From Octopus vulgaris (taxonomy: Eukaryota): a stretch of 64,000 nt of DNA. The notes under the pieces were generated by a model that had not been told where the DNA came from, did no database searches, and saw only the letters and a program-made list of their open reading frames with translations. The first letter of the stretch is position 1, and every line of letters starts with the position of its first letter. Of this stretch, positions 51,141 through 63,154 are shown piece after piece. The translations under genes were made by a program, and so were the position numbers. The stretch is taken from positions 62,124,001 through 62,188,000 of the forward strand of contig OX597825.1 in assembly GCA_951406725.2 (NCBI GenBank), written 5' to 3'.

Positions 51141-52106
51141 TATACAAAATAAGTTCATAAGTTATATAATTAGGTAGGAAGCTGATAATTGTAGTTTAGG
51201 ATCAGTGTCTGCAAAAAAAAAAAAAATTATGAGTTTTCTCTTACAATAAAGTATTTATTAATTATTCTCTTTTCTTTTATAATATATATCAGCTACAAAT
51301 GAATTAATCATTTTACATTTAGTGCCACAGTGTGAGAATCACAAAAAGAAATTCTTCTAAACCATGACAGGTGGAACACATAACAACTGTCCATCAATAT
51401 TGGCTTTGTTCTGAGAGGTCAATGTAATCGTTAATTTAAATAAAAACTTTTCTGACTGATTTTGACCTTTGATTGATTGAAGAAATCAGTGAAAAATTGT
51501 AATTGTGTGCCAATATGAACAATGTCATACTTTTATCTGGTGCAATTTGTCAGTAACATCTGTAGGCAGTCAAATACACTGAAATGGTGGCTGTACTCAG
51601 AGACAGAAGTTGTTATGAATTATATAAAGCAGAGTGATTAACCAAATGAGAAATGGTGATATAATTTCTTTATGAGACATTTAAGATTGATGCTAGTTTA
51701 TAGGATTAAACAAATTACAAGAATAAACATATCCTCTAAATAGCAAAAGCTAACATCTCTGTTTGCTCATCATGCTTAGAGTAAATAATAATTTAAAGAC
51801 CAACTGACATGAAAACATTTATTTCTCAGTTAATATCACCTCTATCGATTCTACATAAATCCAATTGTATGAGTCATATTTTGAGGCAATGTTTATTTGC
51901 AGTCACTGGACAAACTGCAGATATTTTCTCTGAATACATAACTATCTAACATTGAATACCTTTACTGCTCTCATAACCGATTCAGCTGAGAATAAAACTA
52001 ATGCCTAGTTTCAACATTATTCTATTGTACTTGAGAAAGAGCTTTATTTGTTTTCTCTCATAATATTATTTTAATTCCATAGAGAAATTAGAATTTATGT
52101 GTATGC

Positions 52107-52137
<31 letters not shown>

Positions 52138-53027
52138 GAGAGAGTTTGTATATGTATATATATATGTATGTGTGTGTGTGAATACACACACACATTTATA
52201 TACATACATGCATTCATACACATATAAATATAAACATATATATATGTATATATATAAATATATGTAGGTATATATGTATATATATATATATATATATATG
52301 CATGTATATGTATATATGTATGTATGTAAGTATGTATGTATGTACACACATATATATATATATCTATATGTATATATATATGTGTTATTTTATTTTCAGT
52401 GGCAGCTATTTTAATTTTAAATCATGAAATGCTGCAATGCTTTACTTGTTCTGGATGTTTTTATTGTCATTCGGTTGCCAAAATCTTTATTCATGAAACA
52501 TGATCTATTGAAATAAATCAGTACAATACAATAAAACTAAGCCAAAAACTAGTTTTTCAGTCAAAACTAACTTCTACTCTATATTAATAATTAATATCAC
52601 ATATAAGTTTTGTCTTCTTGTATGGAGTATGTTAATGCTGTGACTCCATCAATGGAACAAATGTTAATGTGCTGACTGAATCTTCTGAATTATCGTGCAT
52701 GTTCAATTCAAGCGACATTTTATGGCAAAGTTATTTTTACATTTTTATATCGATGCAAATGGTTGCATTTGACACGGAAGGAGTTGAAATGGAAATCAAT
52801 GGAACAGAAAATTTTATTTCTCCAATTCCTAATTATAATTATATATCTGAAATATATTAACAATGAAGTAAATAAAATTTCTGTTAGATTAACATACTTT
52901 GGCTCACCATAAAAACGTACATTATTTACCAGACCAAATATAATACATTATACGGTTTTCATCATTTCAGATCTACATTCAAATCTCACCATAGCTTGGT
53001 TGGTGGTGGTTAGCTTCTCTCTGAATA

Positions 53028-53260
53028 AGGCGGCGAACTGGCAGAATCGTTAACATGTCGGGCGAAATACTTAGCGGTATTTCATCTGCCGTTATGTTCT
53101 GAGTTCAAATTCCACCGAGGTCGACTTTGCCTTTCATCATTTCGGGGTCATTAAATTAAGTACCAATTATGCACTGGGGTTGATATAATCGACTTAATCC
53201 ATTTGTCTTACCTTGTTTGTCTTCTCTGTGTTTAGCCCCTTGTGGGTAGTAAAGAAATAG
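53028..53260 (+). mobile_element. Family B (Meta-domain-like) SINE monomer
   Basis: Full head GGCGGCGAACTGGCAGAATCGTTA; ~18-bp TSD GGTTAGCTTCTC(T/C)CTGAA. Confidence 0.9.
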
Positions 53261-53390
53261 GTTAGCTTCTCCCTGAAACACATTTCATAAAATAAATACC
53301 ATTTATAAACCAATGTCAATTAAATTAAATACTTGCACTCAAAGTGTTCTTCCTTGTTTCTGATTAAAAGATATCCATAAAAATGCAGTA

Positions 53391-53486
53391 TAAAAATAAT
53401 GGATAGTAAGGCCAACATCAGGATGTAATGTGGAAGATTAAAAATAATGGATAGCAAGACCAACATCAGGATGTAATGTGGAAGAT
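53391..53486. repeat. 48-bp tandem duplication
   Basis: TAAAAATAATGGATAG(T/C)AAG(G/A)CCAACATCAGGATGTAATGTGGAAGAT twice, with 2 differences. Confidence 0.92.
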
Positions 53487-53599
53487 CTTAGATTTATTTT
53501 GGCAGGACAGAAAACAGAAATTAGAAGATAATTCTGCTCTAAAAGACTGGAAAATACAAAGACATCGAGACTCAACAGAAGCAGGTTTCATCCGATTAT

Positions 53600-55945
53600 A
53601 GTGCAAATGACCTAATGATCTGCAGTATTAACTTCAGGAAATCAGCCAGTCACCTGGTCACCTATCAATCACACAAACCAGATTGGTTACATTCTCATCA
53701 GAAATCAGGATAGATAATTGATTATAAATGCAAAGACCTTTGCAGGTGAAGAATGCATTCCTCAGCAACATATGTTGGTTATTAGTATCTTTGTGTCTTG
53801 GGTTAGAAAGACTCCAAGAAACAGACCAGTCTGGAGAGGGAAGATTTTGAAGTTTAAGATCCTTTGAATAGTTGGGGATTTATAGATGTCCTAGCTGAAG
53901 CATTTCATGAAAAAGAGAAGGAAAAGATATAGACATACAACACAGAGGACTACTGGATGATCCTATGAGACAACAACTTACTCAGGGCTACAGACCAAGT
54001 TTGTCACTGGTGCAAAGTCTCAACTAGACCTAGGATGATACGGTGGTGGAACAATGAAGTAGGCAGATCCATAAAAGCAAGGAAGGTCTGGAAGGTTCTG
54101 CAAGATTAGAGGCAGCAGAGAACTATATCAGTATAACAAGACTCGAAACAGATTACAAAGTTCGAATCACAACAGAATACAATCTTGTTCATGTGAGAAG
54201 CTGAGTTATTGACCAATCAGCAGCCAGACTTCATGTGATAGATAATCTAGATTCTTGTTGAATGTCTTGGTACAAGGGTTATATAAAGTCTTGTTTTTAG
54301 CACCAACTTTCAATGTGTAGCAACCAGCAGTCCAGTTCACACTCTCACTTACCATTTGTAATAATCCTTTTCACAGCTCCTACTCAACCTGGATATGTCC
54401 CTATAATTGGTTAATATGAACCTAATGTGTATATTTCCTCCTGTTTTGGCAAGCTTCTATACAGAGCTTTTATAATCAACTCTTTTACTCGTTTAGTTGT
54501 TTCAGTCATTTGACTGTGGCCATGCTGGAGCACCACCTTTAGTTGAGCAAATCAACCCCAGTACTTATTCTTTGTAAGCCTAGTACTTATTTTATTGATC
54601 TCTTTTGCCGAACTGCTAAGTTACGAGGATTTAAACACACCAGCATCGGTTGCCAAGCGATGTTGGGGGAACAAACACAGACACACAAATATATGCACAC
54701 ACATACATACATATATACATACATATATATGTATATACGACGGGTTTCTTTCAGTTTATGTCTAACAAATCCACTCATAAGGCTCTGGTCAGCCTGAGGC
54801 CATAGTAGAAAATACTTGCTCAAGGTGAGGTGCCATGCAGTGGGAGGGAACCCGGAACCATGTGGTTCGTAAGCAAGCTACTTACCACACAGCCACTGCT
54901 ACACCTATGCAGCATTCAACTATTGATGAATGTTGCATAATTATTCTTTCAGTTGTGTTGGCTAGTTGTAAAAATTTTCTAATTCATGACCAATCTGAAT
55001 ATTACTTGTGCAGTGATATAAAAGTTCCTATTAAATATTCACATGCTGTTGATATATCATTCACATGCATACTAATCAGGCAACACCAGGTAGCTACAAG
55101 AGAAGCTAGGTGACAGGTATAATTAACTAGGGGGGAAACAGAAAGAAAGAAATTTGTCAGTGTTGCAATACAATGTATCAGAGAAAATTGTGATGTTGTA
55201 GGAGAGAAATGTATACTTGCACCTAGTGATTCTGCCCAAAAAGAAGCATTGATGTGCCACAATTAAAGGCAGATAGATGTTAAGAACTGATGGTAGCAGG
55301 TGAGTTTTCTTAATGTGCACCTAGCTGGGGGACCAGCTATTCAAGTAGACAACAGCATAACTGGTAAAGTTATGAAGGATATGAAGATTGAAAAAGCTCT
55401 TGGCCCATCAGAATTTATTGTCAGGATGGTTAAAATATTGGGATTGGGATATGGCCTAGACATCTATACAGTAAATTATGTTGTTCAGGAAATGGTCATA
55501 CCCAATGATTGATGTATCAGAATTATTATCAGCTGCCAAAAAGGTCAATGCCTTAAACAGAAGTCATTACAGAATTATCAACTTATTGGAACTGGTCATG
55601 AATGTTACCAAAGGTGTCATGTCTTGTATATCAAGGAAAGAGTTAAGGTAGATGAGATGTAGTTTGATTGTGTTCCAAGAAGTGCTACTGAATCTATCTT
55701 TCTAATGCTAGTGGTTGATGCGGAAGCTAGGGATAAATGAGTGATTGGTGAGAGCTATTTAAGTCATGTACAGAGATGCTGCTGTCACTAAGGTGAAAGT
55801 CTGCAATGAGTATGGCAACAAATTTAGGCATGCAGGAAGGATTTCACCAAGGGTCACTTCTCAGCCTTCTCTTGTTTTTTGTAGTCCTCCAGGCTACAAC
55901 AAAGTAATTTAAAGCTGACTGCCCTTGGTAGCTCCTTCAACGATG
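53600..55945 (+). mobile_element. Decayed RTE LINE (APE C-terminal half to the RT YADD motif), split by a solo LTR that carries a SINE
   Basis: NDLMICSINFRKSASHLVTYQS..NQIGYIL..AKTFAGEECIPQ..WWNNEV; after 55089 KALGPSEF..VIPND*..YRIINLLELVMNVT..DEM*FD..FHQGSLLSLLLF..CPW*LL. Confidence 0.87.
54132..55085 (+). mobile_element. Solo-LTR-like insertion containing a minus-strand family A SINE (54481-54906)
   Basis: Termini TATAAC(~TGTAAC)...CAACA; flanks TCAG/CCAG (4-bp TSD-like); CCAAT at ~54213, TATATAAA at ~54280 and ATTAAA at ~55030; the RTE frame (ELYQ|VA.REAR) rejoins across it. Confidence 0.6.
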
Positions 55946-56137
55946 ATGACAATGATGTTGATGATGACAAAGATGAAGATGACAATGATGACGATGATGA
56001 TGATGATGATGATATTGATGATGAAGACGAAGATGACAACGATGATGATCACAACGATGATGACAATGATGACAACGACGACAGCAATGATGCTGGTGAT
56101 GACAAAGACAAAGACGACAATGACGATGATTATTATT

Positions 56138-56168
<31 letters not shown>

Positions 56169-56349
56169 CAACGACGATGACAATGATGTTGATGATGACA
56201 AAGATGAAGATGACTATGACGATGATTATGATGATGACGATGATGAAGACGAAGATGACAATGATGATGACGATGACGAAAATGACGACAATAATGATGT
56301 TGATGATGACAAAGCTGAAGATGACAATGATGACGACGATGATGATGAC
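55942..56349. repeat. Compound (GAT/GAC)n array with higher-order units
   Basis: The marker ATGATGTTGATGATGACAAAG recurs three times. Confidence 0.9.
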
Positions 56350-56659
56350 TTTGTTTTTAATCAATCTGAAACAGTTAGTCTGCACTAACTGCTATACTAA
56401 CATAATTTAAAACTAAGAGATATATCAATGTCCATGAAATGACATCAATCCTCTTCACGCTATAGATATGGTTAATGAAAAATCAGCCAAGTTTTGTCTT
56501 ATCTCCAAGAACACACCTGCTTCAGTAATTTTTACTTATCAGTTACATATAATTACAAATGCATTAGTCACACTTTGCAATTATTATTTTTTTAATACAA
56601 TAACTAATTACTAAGTTTTGACATTCTCTTCTTCTCTTCGCTGAAATCACTCATCTGCC

Positions 56660-56730
56660 ATCATCATCATCATCTTCCTCCAATATCACCACCATCATCT
56701 TCATCATCATCATCATTATCACCATCATCG

Positions 56731-56763
<33 letters not shown>

Positions 56764-56866
56764 CCACCACCACCACCACCACCGTCGTCATCATTGTCAT
56801 CATTGTCGTCATCATCATCATCATCATCATCATCACCATCACCATCACCTCCCCATCAGCACGCCC

Positions 56867-56904
<38 letters not shown>

Positions 56905-56959
56905 CCAGCACCTCCCCATCAGCACACCCCATCATCATCATCATCATCATCACCATCAC

Positions 56960-56994
<35 letters not shown>

Positions 56995-57180
56995 CCAGTA
57001 CAACCACCACCACCGTCGTCATCATTGTCGTCGTCGTCATCATCATCATCACCATCACTTCCCATCATCACACCCCATCGTCATGATCATGATCATGATC
57101 ATCATCATCATATTCATCATCATAATCATACTCCTCATCATCATCATCATTATTATCATCACCAGCATCATTATCATCAA
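56660..57180. repeat. Compound (CAT/CAC)n array
   Basis: Direct observation; includes the duplicated marker CACCTCCCCATCAGCAC(G/A)CCCC. Confidence 0.92.
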
Positions 57181-58526
57181 CATACATTTTTCCAGTCTAG
57201 CATAAATACACGTTCTCACTTTGTGTGTATAGGTATGGCTTGGTAAGTTGCTTTTATCATGATATCTTTACAATATGTTGTCAGTTCTTTGAAAATATTC
57301 GATTACCAAGGATATTGTATTCCTTATCAAATGAAAAGAACGCTGCTCTCATCAGTATAATGGCATTGATAAATATCTTTGTTCTTATGAAGAAAGATCA
57401 CGCAAGAAATAATGGCTGGAAATATCTCAGCTCTGAGATTAATGATTATCTATTCACAGGTTTGTTCAGAAAAATTTTGCTGATTTATCTGAATAATGTA
57501 CCATGTCTTAATGAAAGATGTTTGTGTCTTCATAAAAACTAATCATATTGTAAGCAAAATAATATAAGTTGATTAGCAATTATACATTGTGTAATGAGGT
57601 GAAGTTCATATCAATCAAGGAACTTGTTTATTATTCTGCCATAAATGACGAAATAGTTCCGTATGTTAGCATATTAATCAATATCAACAGACATTTATGA
57701 CGGCCAAAGAAATTAGTGACACATCATATAAGTTAATGAGTTTCTGTTAATTAATGTTATGTTTTATTAGATCTTTCTTTTACGGTTACTAATCTAGACT
57801 TGACTTTCATAATTCTGACAAATTTAAACAAATTTACTTCAGCATTACAATATTTGTGCTGGTTTCCAAAGATAAGAAACCACAGAGAGAGAGAGAGTAT
57901 TATGACAAAATGACATTTTTCCCTAAATAACATAGATACTGAGTAAAAAAGAGTTTTATAACAAAAACAGATTTTAGTTCAAATAGCACAGATATAGAGC
58001 ATAAAGTGAGCTTTAAAGTAAGATCAGATTTTAGTTTAAATGGCACAGTTATTAACTAAAAAGTGTTTTATAATAAAATTTGATTTCAGTCTAGATATCA
58101 GGTTTTGAACTGAAGCAGCTTACATTCTAAAAGAAGGAAAAAAAAAATCTATATTTTGACGAATAACTATGACACTACATATAATCATACAAAAGAACTG
58201 CTACATAGTTGCCTAGCATTTTAAAATACAAAAGAAGCTAAATCACTCTCACATCTTAATGTGTCATCTTAAAAACAGAACATATGGAATGAACAAGTTC
58301 AGGTATATCATACTCAGAATTAAAAAAAAAAAAATGAGGAACAAAAATTCGTTTGGTTGGTTGGTTGGTTGGTTGGTTAGTTGGTCACACCTGGAATTAT
58401 TTTGATTACAGATGTGCTTATTCAAAGGTGATTTGGGGCTAAATGAGAACAATAACAACTACACATCAATTTATATAAATTCTGCTATAAATATACACCA
58501 AACCATGCTTTTGTTGTTTCCTTATG

Positions 58527-58662
58527 TTGCTTACCAACCACATGGCTCCGGGTTCAGTCCTACTGCATGACACCTTGGGTAAGTGTCTTCTACTATAGCC
58601 TCAGGTCAACCAAAGCCTTGTGAGTGAATTTGGTAGACGGAAACTGAAAGGAGCCCATCGTA

Positions 58663-58716
<54 letters not shown>

Positions 58717-58941
58717 GTGTGTGTGTGTATATTTGTGTGTCTGTGTTTGTCCCCCCAACATCTCTTGACAACCAATGCTGGTGTGTTTACATCCCCGTAA
58801 CTTAGCGGTTTGGAAAAAGAGACTGATAGAATAAGTACTAGGCTTACAAAGAATAAGTACTGGGGTCGATTTGCTCGACTAAAGGTGATGCTCCAGCATG
58901 GCCACAGTCAAATAACTGAAACAAGTAAAAGAGTAAAGAGA
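58527..58941 (+). mobile_element. CORE-like SINE family A, 5'-clipped
   Basis: Homology to 34836-35264. Confidence 0.88.
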
Positions 58942-59044
58942 GTTATGTTGCATCAGGGGTTATGGCTAGTTAACAGTCTCTAACGATGAAACATGTTATG
59001 GAAATATATACTAAGCAATTCTTTTTCTCTCTTCACATTGTATT

Positions 59045-59385
59045 AGGAAATATGGCTTAGTTGAGTCTTACCTTGAGCTGGTAAGGAGGGAGACTGATGA
59101 TTAATAGCTTCTACATTAAGTCTGTAAATTTGGAGGTAGAACTCAAGGTGATCTAAGTAAGGATTGATTGGTTGTGCATCAGTGCATGGTGTATGTTTGG
59201 GGTATGGTTGAAATTTAATCAGCAAGTGACTGGATCCATGCAGCACTCCATTCTGAAGATAACAAATTTTAGAAGTGTTTTTATTGTACACTACATAGAC
59301 TTGGTGACCTAACAGGGGGTTGGCTTACTAGGATTTTGCCTTTTTTCTGAAAGCTGTATTGAGTACTTTATTGTATAAGTTCTGA
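59045..59385 (-). mobile_element. Possible I/Jockey-group LINE RT remnant
   Basis: VYNKNTSKICYLQNGVLHGS (~S....L.NGVPQGS) and YLDHLEFYLQIYRL (~L..L..Y...WRL). Confidence 0.35.
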
Positions 59386-59392
59386 TATCAAT

Positions 59393-60375
59393 ATTCTTTT
59401 CCACTCTAAGCACAAGGCCCGAAATGTTTTGGGAGGGGACCAGTCAATTATATCGACCCCAGTATGCAACTGGTACTTAATTTATCGACCACAAAAGGAT
59501 GAAAGGCAAAGTTGACCTCGCCAGAATTTGAACTCAGAAAACAAAGATAGATGGAATACCACTAAGCATTTTACCCTGCGTACTAACGTTTCTGCCAGCG
59601 TGCTACCTTATATGAAATGAAGTGTTTTGCTCAAGAACACAACACATCACCCAGTTCAGGAATTGAAACCAGTGCTGATACCAATATTACTACATAGAAT
59701 GGCTAAGGTGATGAGCTGGCAGAGTCGTTAGCACACAGGGCAAAATGATTAGTGGCACTGCATCTGTCTTGATGTTCTGAGTTCAAATTCTGCCTAAGTC
59801 AATTTTACTTTTCATCTGTTCGGGGTCAAAAAAATAAATATTTGTTCAGCACTAGGGTCAAAGTAAAGGACTCATTTCCTCTCCTGAATTTGCTGGCCTT
59901 GTGCCAAAATCTGAAATCAGTATTTCATAGAATGTAAAGGCAACAAGCCGGCAGAATCAATAGCATACCAGGCAAAATGCTTTGTGGCACAGCGTCCATC
60001 TTTATATTCTGAGTTCAAATCCTGCCACAGTCAACCTCACCTTTCATCCTTTCAGGGTTGATAAAATAAGTACCAGTTAAACAATGGGGTCAATGTAATC
60101 AACTTACGCATCCCACAAAAGTTGCTGGCCTTGTGCCAAATTTTGAAACCAATATTACTTAGAGTGCAGCAAACTGGCAGAGTTGTTAGCACACCGGGCA
60201 AAATGATTAGTGGTTACATTCGTTCTAAGTTCAAGGTTGACTTTGCTTTTCATGCTTTTGGGGTCGATTAAATAAGTACCAGTTACACACTGGGGTCGAT
60301 GTAATTGACTGAATCCATTTGTCTGTCCTTATATGTCTCCTCTATGTTTAGGCCCCTGTGAGCAATATAAAAATA
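59393..60375. mobile_element. Cluster of four family B SINEs (one minus at 59393-59610, three plus at 59705-60375)
   Basis: Repeated heads CTGGCAGA.TCGTTAGCAC and the Meta-like domain; the last copy is flanked by ATTACTTAGAGTG. Confidence 0.85.
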
Positions 60376-60940
60376 AACATTACTTAGAGTGAAGACGATG
60401 TTTATTTGTTTATCTGTTCATCCATTTATCTATTACTGTTGAGGCCACCACACATGTTTTATGTTCTTTATTAGGATTGATAATATCATGTTGTCTAAAT
60501 GTCATAGTCAGAATTTGTATTGTGATTTGGAGACGAGAATGCAAAGGTCTGTGATATGAAGGACCAACCTTTCACAAATATCAATACGATTTCCAGATAT
60601 TTGAATTATAAAAAAAGAGGTATTATTCAGAAGCTTTAGAAGAAATTTTTTTTAGAGGAAATCTGTGATCAAAATATGATTATAGAAAAATCTGTGAAAA
60701 GGTTAAAACTCAAAAACTTGGATATCATTCATTGTAAGTGAAAATGCATTGAAAGCATAATCTAATGCTAGACTTGATTTTGCCCTTTGCCAAATATCCT
60801 CAGTGAAACAATGAAATATCATAAAGACATTAGTAATTTAAAATTTTTAACCTGTCATATGGTGTTAAGATGGCTGCAGCACTAATAATTGATGAGGACA
60901 TCTTCAAGGCTATATATTTGCAGGGGGGAAAAAAACATTC

Positions 60941-61188
60941 GTTCTATTTTGGTCAGTGTGGCTTGACCTCTCAGGTCAAGCACATTTTAATTTGTAAGAT
61001 CTGTCCTACACCACCCTGGTTGAATATTTCTCGTTGCTGTTATTTTTATTTAGCCCCGGGTTACTCTTAGTCAAAGTCAAACATGATCAAAGAGCATTCT
61101 ATTGTAGTCGTTATAAATTGACTTCTCAAGTGAAACATATTTCCGTCAGCAACATCTGTCATACACCACCCTACACGAGGTCAAATAT

Positions 61189-61232
<44 letters not shown>

Positions 61233-61450
61233 ATTGTTCAGCCCCCAGGTTTGTCTTGATTGAACAAATGTATGATCAAAAGGTGTTCCATTTAGGTCAT
61301 TATAGGTTGACTTCTCAGGTCAAGCAGATTTTTTTGCCAGTGACATCTGTACTACGCCCACTGGTATACATGGACAAATATTTGTTGCAGTTATTTAGCT
61401 CTAGGTTAGTCTTGATTGAACAGAAATATGATCAAAGGCTGATCAAAGGT
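60941..61450. repeat. Three diverged tandem units of ~160-190 bp
   Basis: Recurring TTGAC(C/T)TCTCA(G/A)GT..CATCTGT..AATATTT..TTGTT..TTAGC..TGATCAAA. Confidence 0.75.
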
Positions 61451-61744
61451 TGATCAAAGACTGTTCTAATAATGACCATACAATCTTTTATTCAGAGGTT
61501 TTAAATCTAAAACCACATTATTGGATGTTTCTTTTTCTTTTAAGACAGTACTGTACGCTTTGAAGAAGACTTGGCTGCTATTTTTAGCAGAGTGAATGAC
61601 TGAAAAGGAACTGCTAACATCTTGTCATCATAAACGTTGTTGTTTGTCTCCAGATCAGTCCTGATTGAGTAGGCCTATGATCAAAGATATTCCAACCATG
61701 ACCACCCAACCTTCTTTCTTTTTCTCTAGACAATATATTTTGAG

Positions 61745-62062
61745 TGAATGTGCATGGTTTAGTGGTTAGGGTATTCAGCTCATGATTGTAACATCATGAG
61801 TTCAATTCCCAGCGATGCCTTGTATCCTTGAGCAAGACGTTTTATTTCACATTGCTCCGATCCACTCAGCTGACAAAAATGGGTAGTACCTGTAATTCAA
61901 AGAGCCAAACTAGTCACACTCTGTGTCACACTGAATCTCCCTGAGAACTATATTAAGGGTAGATATGTCTGTAGATTGCTCAGCCACATGTAAATTTCAC
62001 AAGCAGGCTGTTCTGTTGATTGGAGCGACTGGAGCCCTCATCATCACAACTGATGGAGTGCC
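61745..62062 (+). mobile_element. SINE with H1 head and T2 tail
   Basis: Head as in 36960-37212; tail as in 22875-23058. Confidence 0.8.
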
Positions 62063-62512
62063 ATATCTGGCCCCACATTATCCAATGTGTCCTGCTTTAA
62101 TTGTAGTATGATTGATAAAATGATGGAGATTTTGGTGGTATTTCCAGAAAATCAAGCAACCCCATAAAGGCTCTCTATAAATTATTTCATCTATATAGGT
62201 GATAAATTCCCACACAAATGCAAACCATGATGATAAGACACTACTTTATACTCTTAAATCCTAGGCCTAACCTTCCCATTTCTTGCTGTAATATCTGTAG
62301 TAAATAATTTTTTGTAAGTAAAAATTAGCAAACCACAAACATATTCACGCAGGAAAGAAACCATATTGTTTTCTGTGGTAAATGTTGATGTCATAGATAT
62401 ATCATTGTAGATCAGTCAAGATACATCACAACCAGAACAAGTTTTCTAGAAGATAGCTTCATAAAATGTCTTTATCAGATTATTATATCCAGTTATATTA
62501 TTCCAACAAAGT

Positions 62513-62640
62513 CATATACAACAGCCAGCTCAATGACAACCCTCATCAAAATCATCATTAGCATCATATGACAGCCAGCTCCGTGACAACTCTCATCATT
62601 ATCATCATCATCATCATCATCCACCACCATCACCACCACC

Positions 62641-62710
<70 letters not shown>

Positions 62711-62715
62711 CCACC

Positions 62716-62747
<32 letters not shown>

Positions 62748-62892
62748 CATCATCAACATATAACAGCCAGCTCTATGACAACCATCATCATCATCATCAT
62801 CATCATCATCATATAACAGCCAGCTCTATGACAACCCTCATCACCATCGTCATCGTCGTTGTTGTCATCATCGTTGTCATCATCATCATCAA
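62513..62892. repeat. (CAT)n array punctuated by four copies of a ~28-bp motif
   Basis: CATAT(A)ACAGCCAGCTC..TGACAAC at ~62513, 62565, 62757 and 62810. Confidence 0.88.
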
Positions 62893-63154
62893 CAATATCA
62901 TTTAATGTCTGTTTTCCATGCTGGCATGGGTTGAACAGCTTGTCGGGAACTGATAAGGCCAGGAGCCACACCAGATTCCATAATCTGTTTTGGTTTGGTT
63001 TCTACAGCTGGATGTCCTTCCCAATGCCAACCATTCCACAGAATGTATTAGGTGTGTTTTATGCGACACTATCACCAGTGATTTTTAAGTGGCACCAGCA
63101 CTAGTACATTTTATGTAGCACCAGCACCCACATCAATGCTTTTAACATGGCACC
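62893..63154 (-). mobile_element. RTE 3'-UTR fragment
   Basis: Minus strand: GGTGCCA..TAAAA repeats, then GGTTGGCATTGGGAAGGACATCCAGCTGTAGAAACC, then AACCCATGCCAGCATGGAAAACAGACATTAAATGAT. Confidence 0.8.

Noticed and set aside
52640-52860. Possible coding exon in unique sequence (63-aa ORF, repeated ATCAATGGAACA)
   Set aside because: There is an in-frame stop just upstream, no clear splice pair and no recognisable protein motif; it cannot be supported without RNA-seq.
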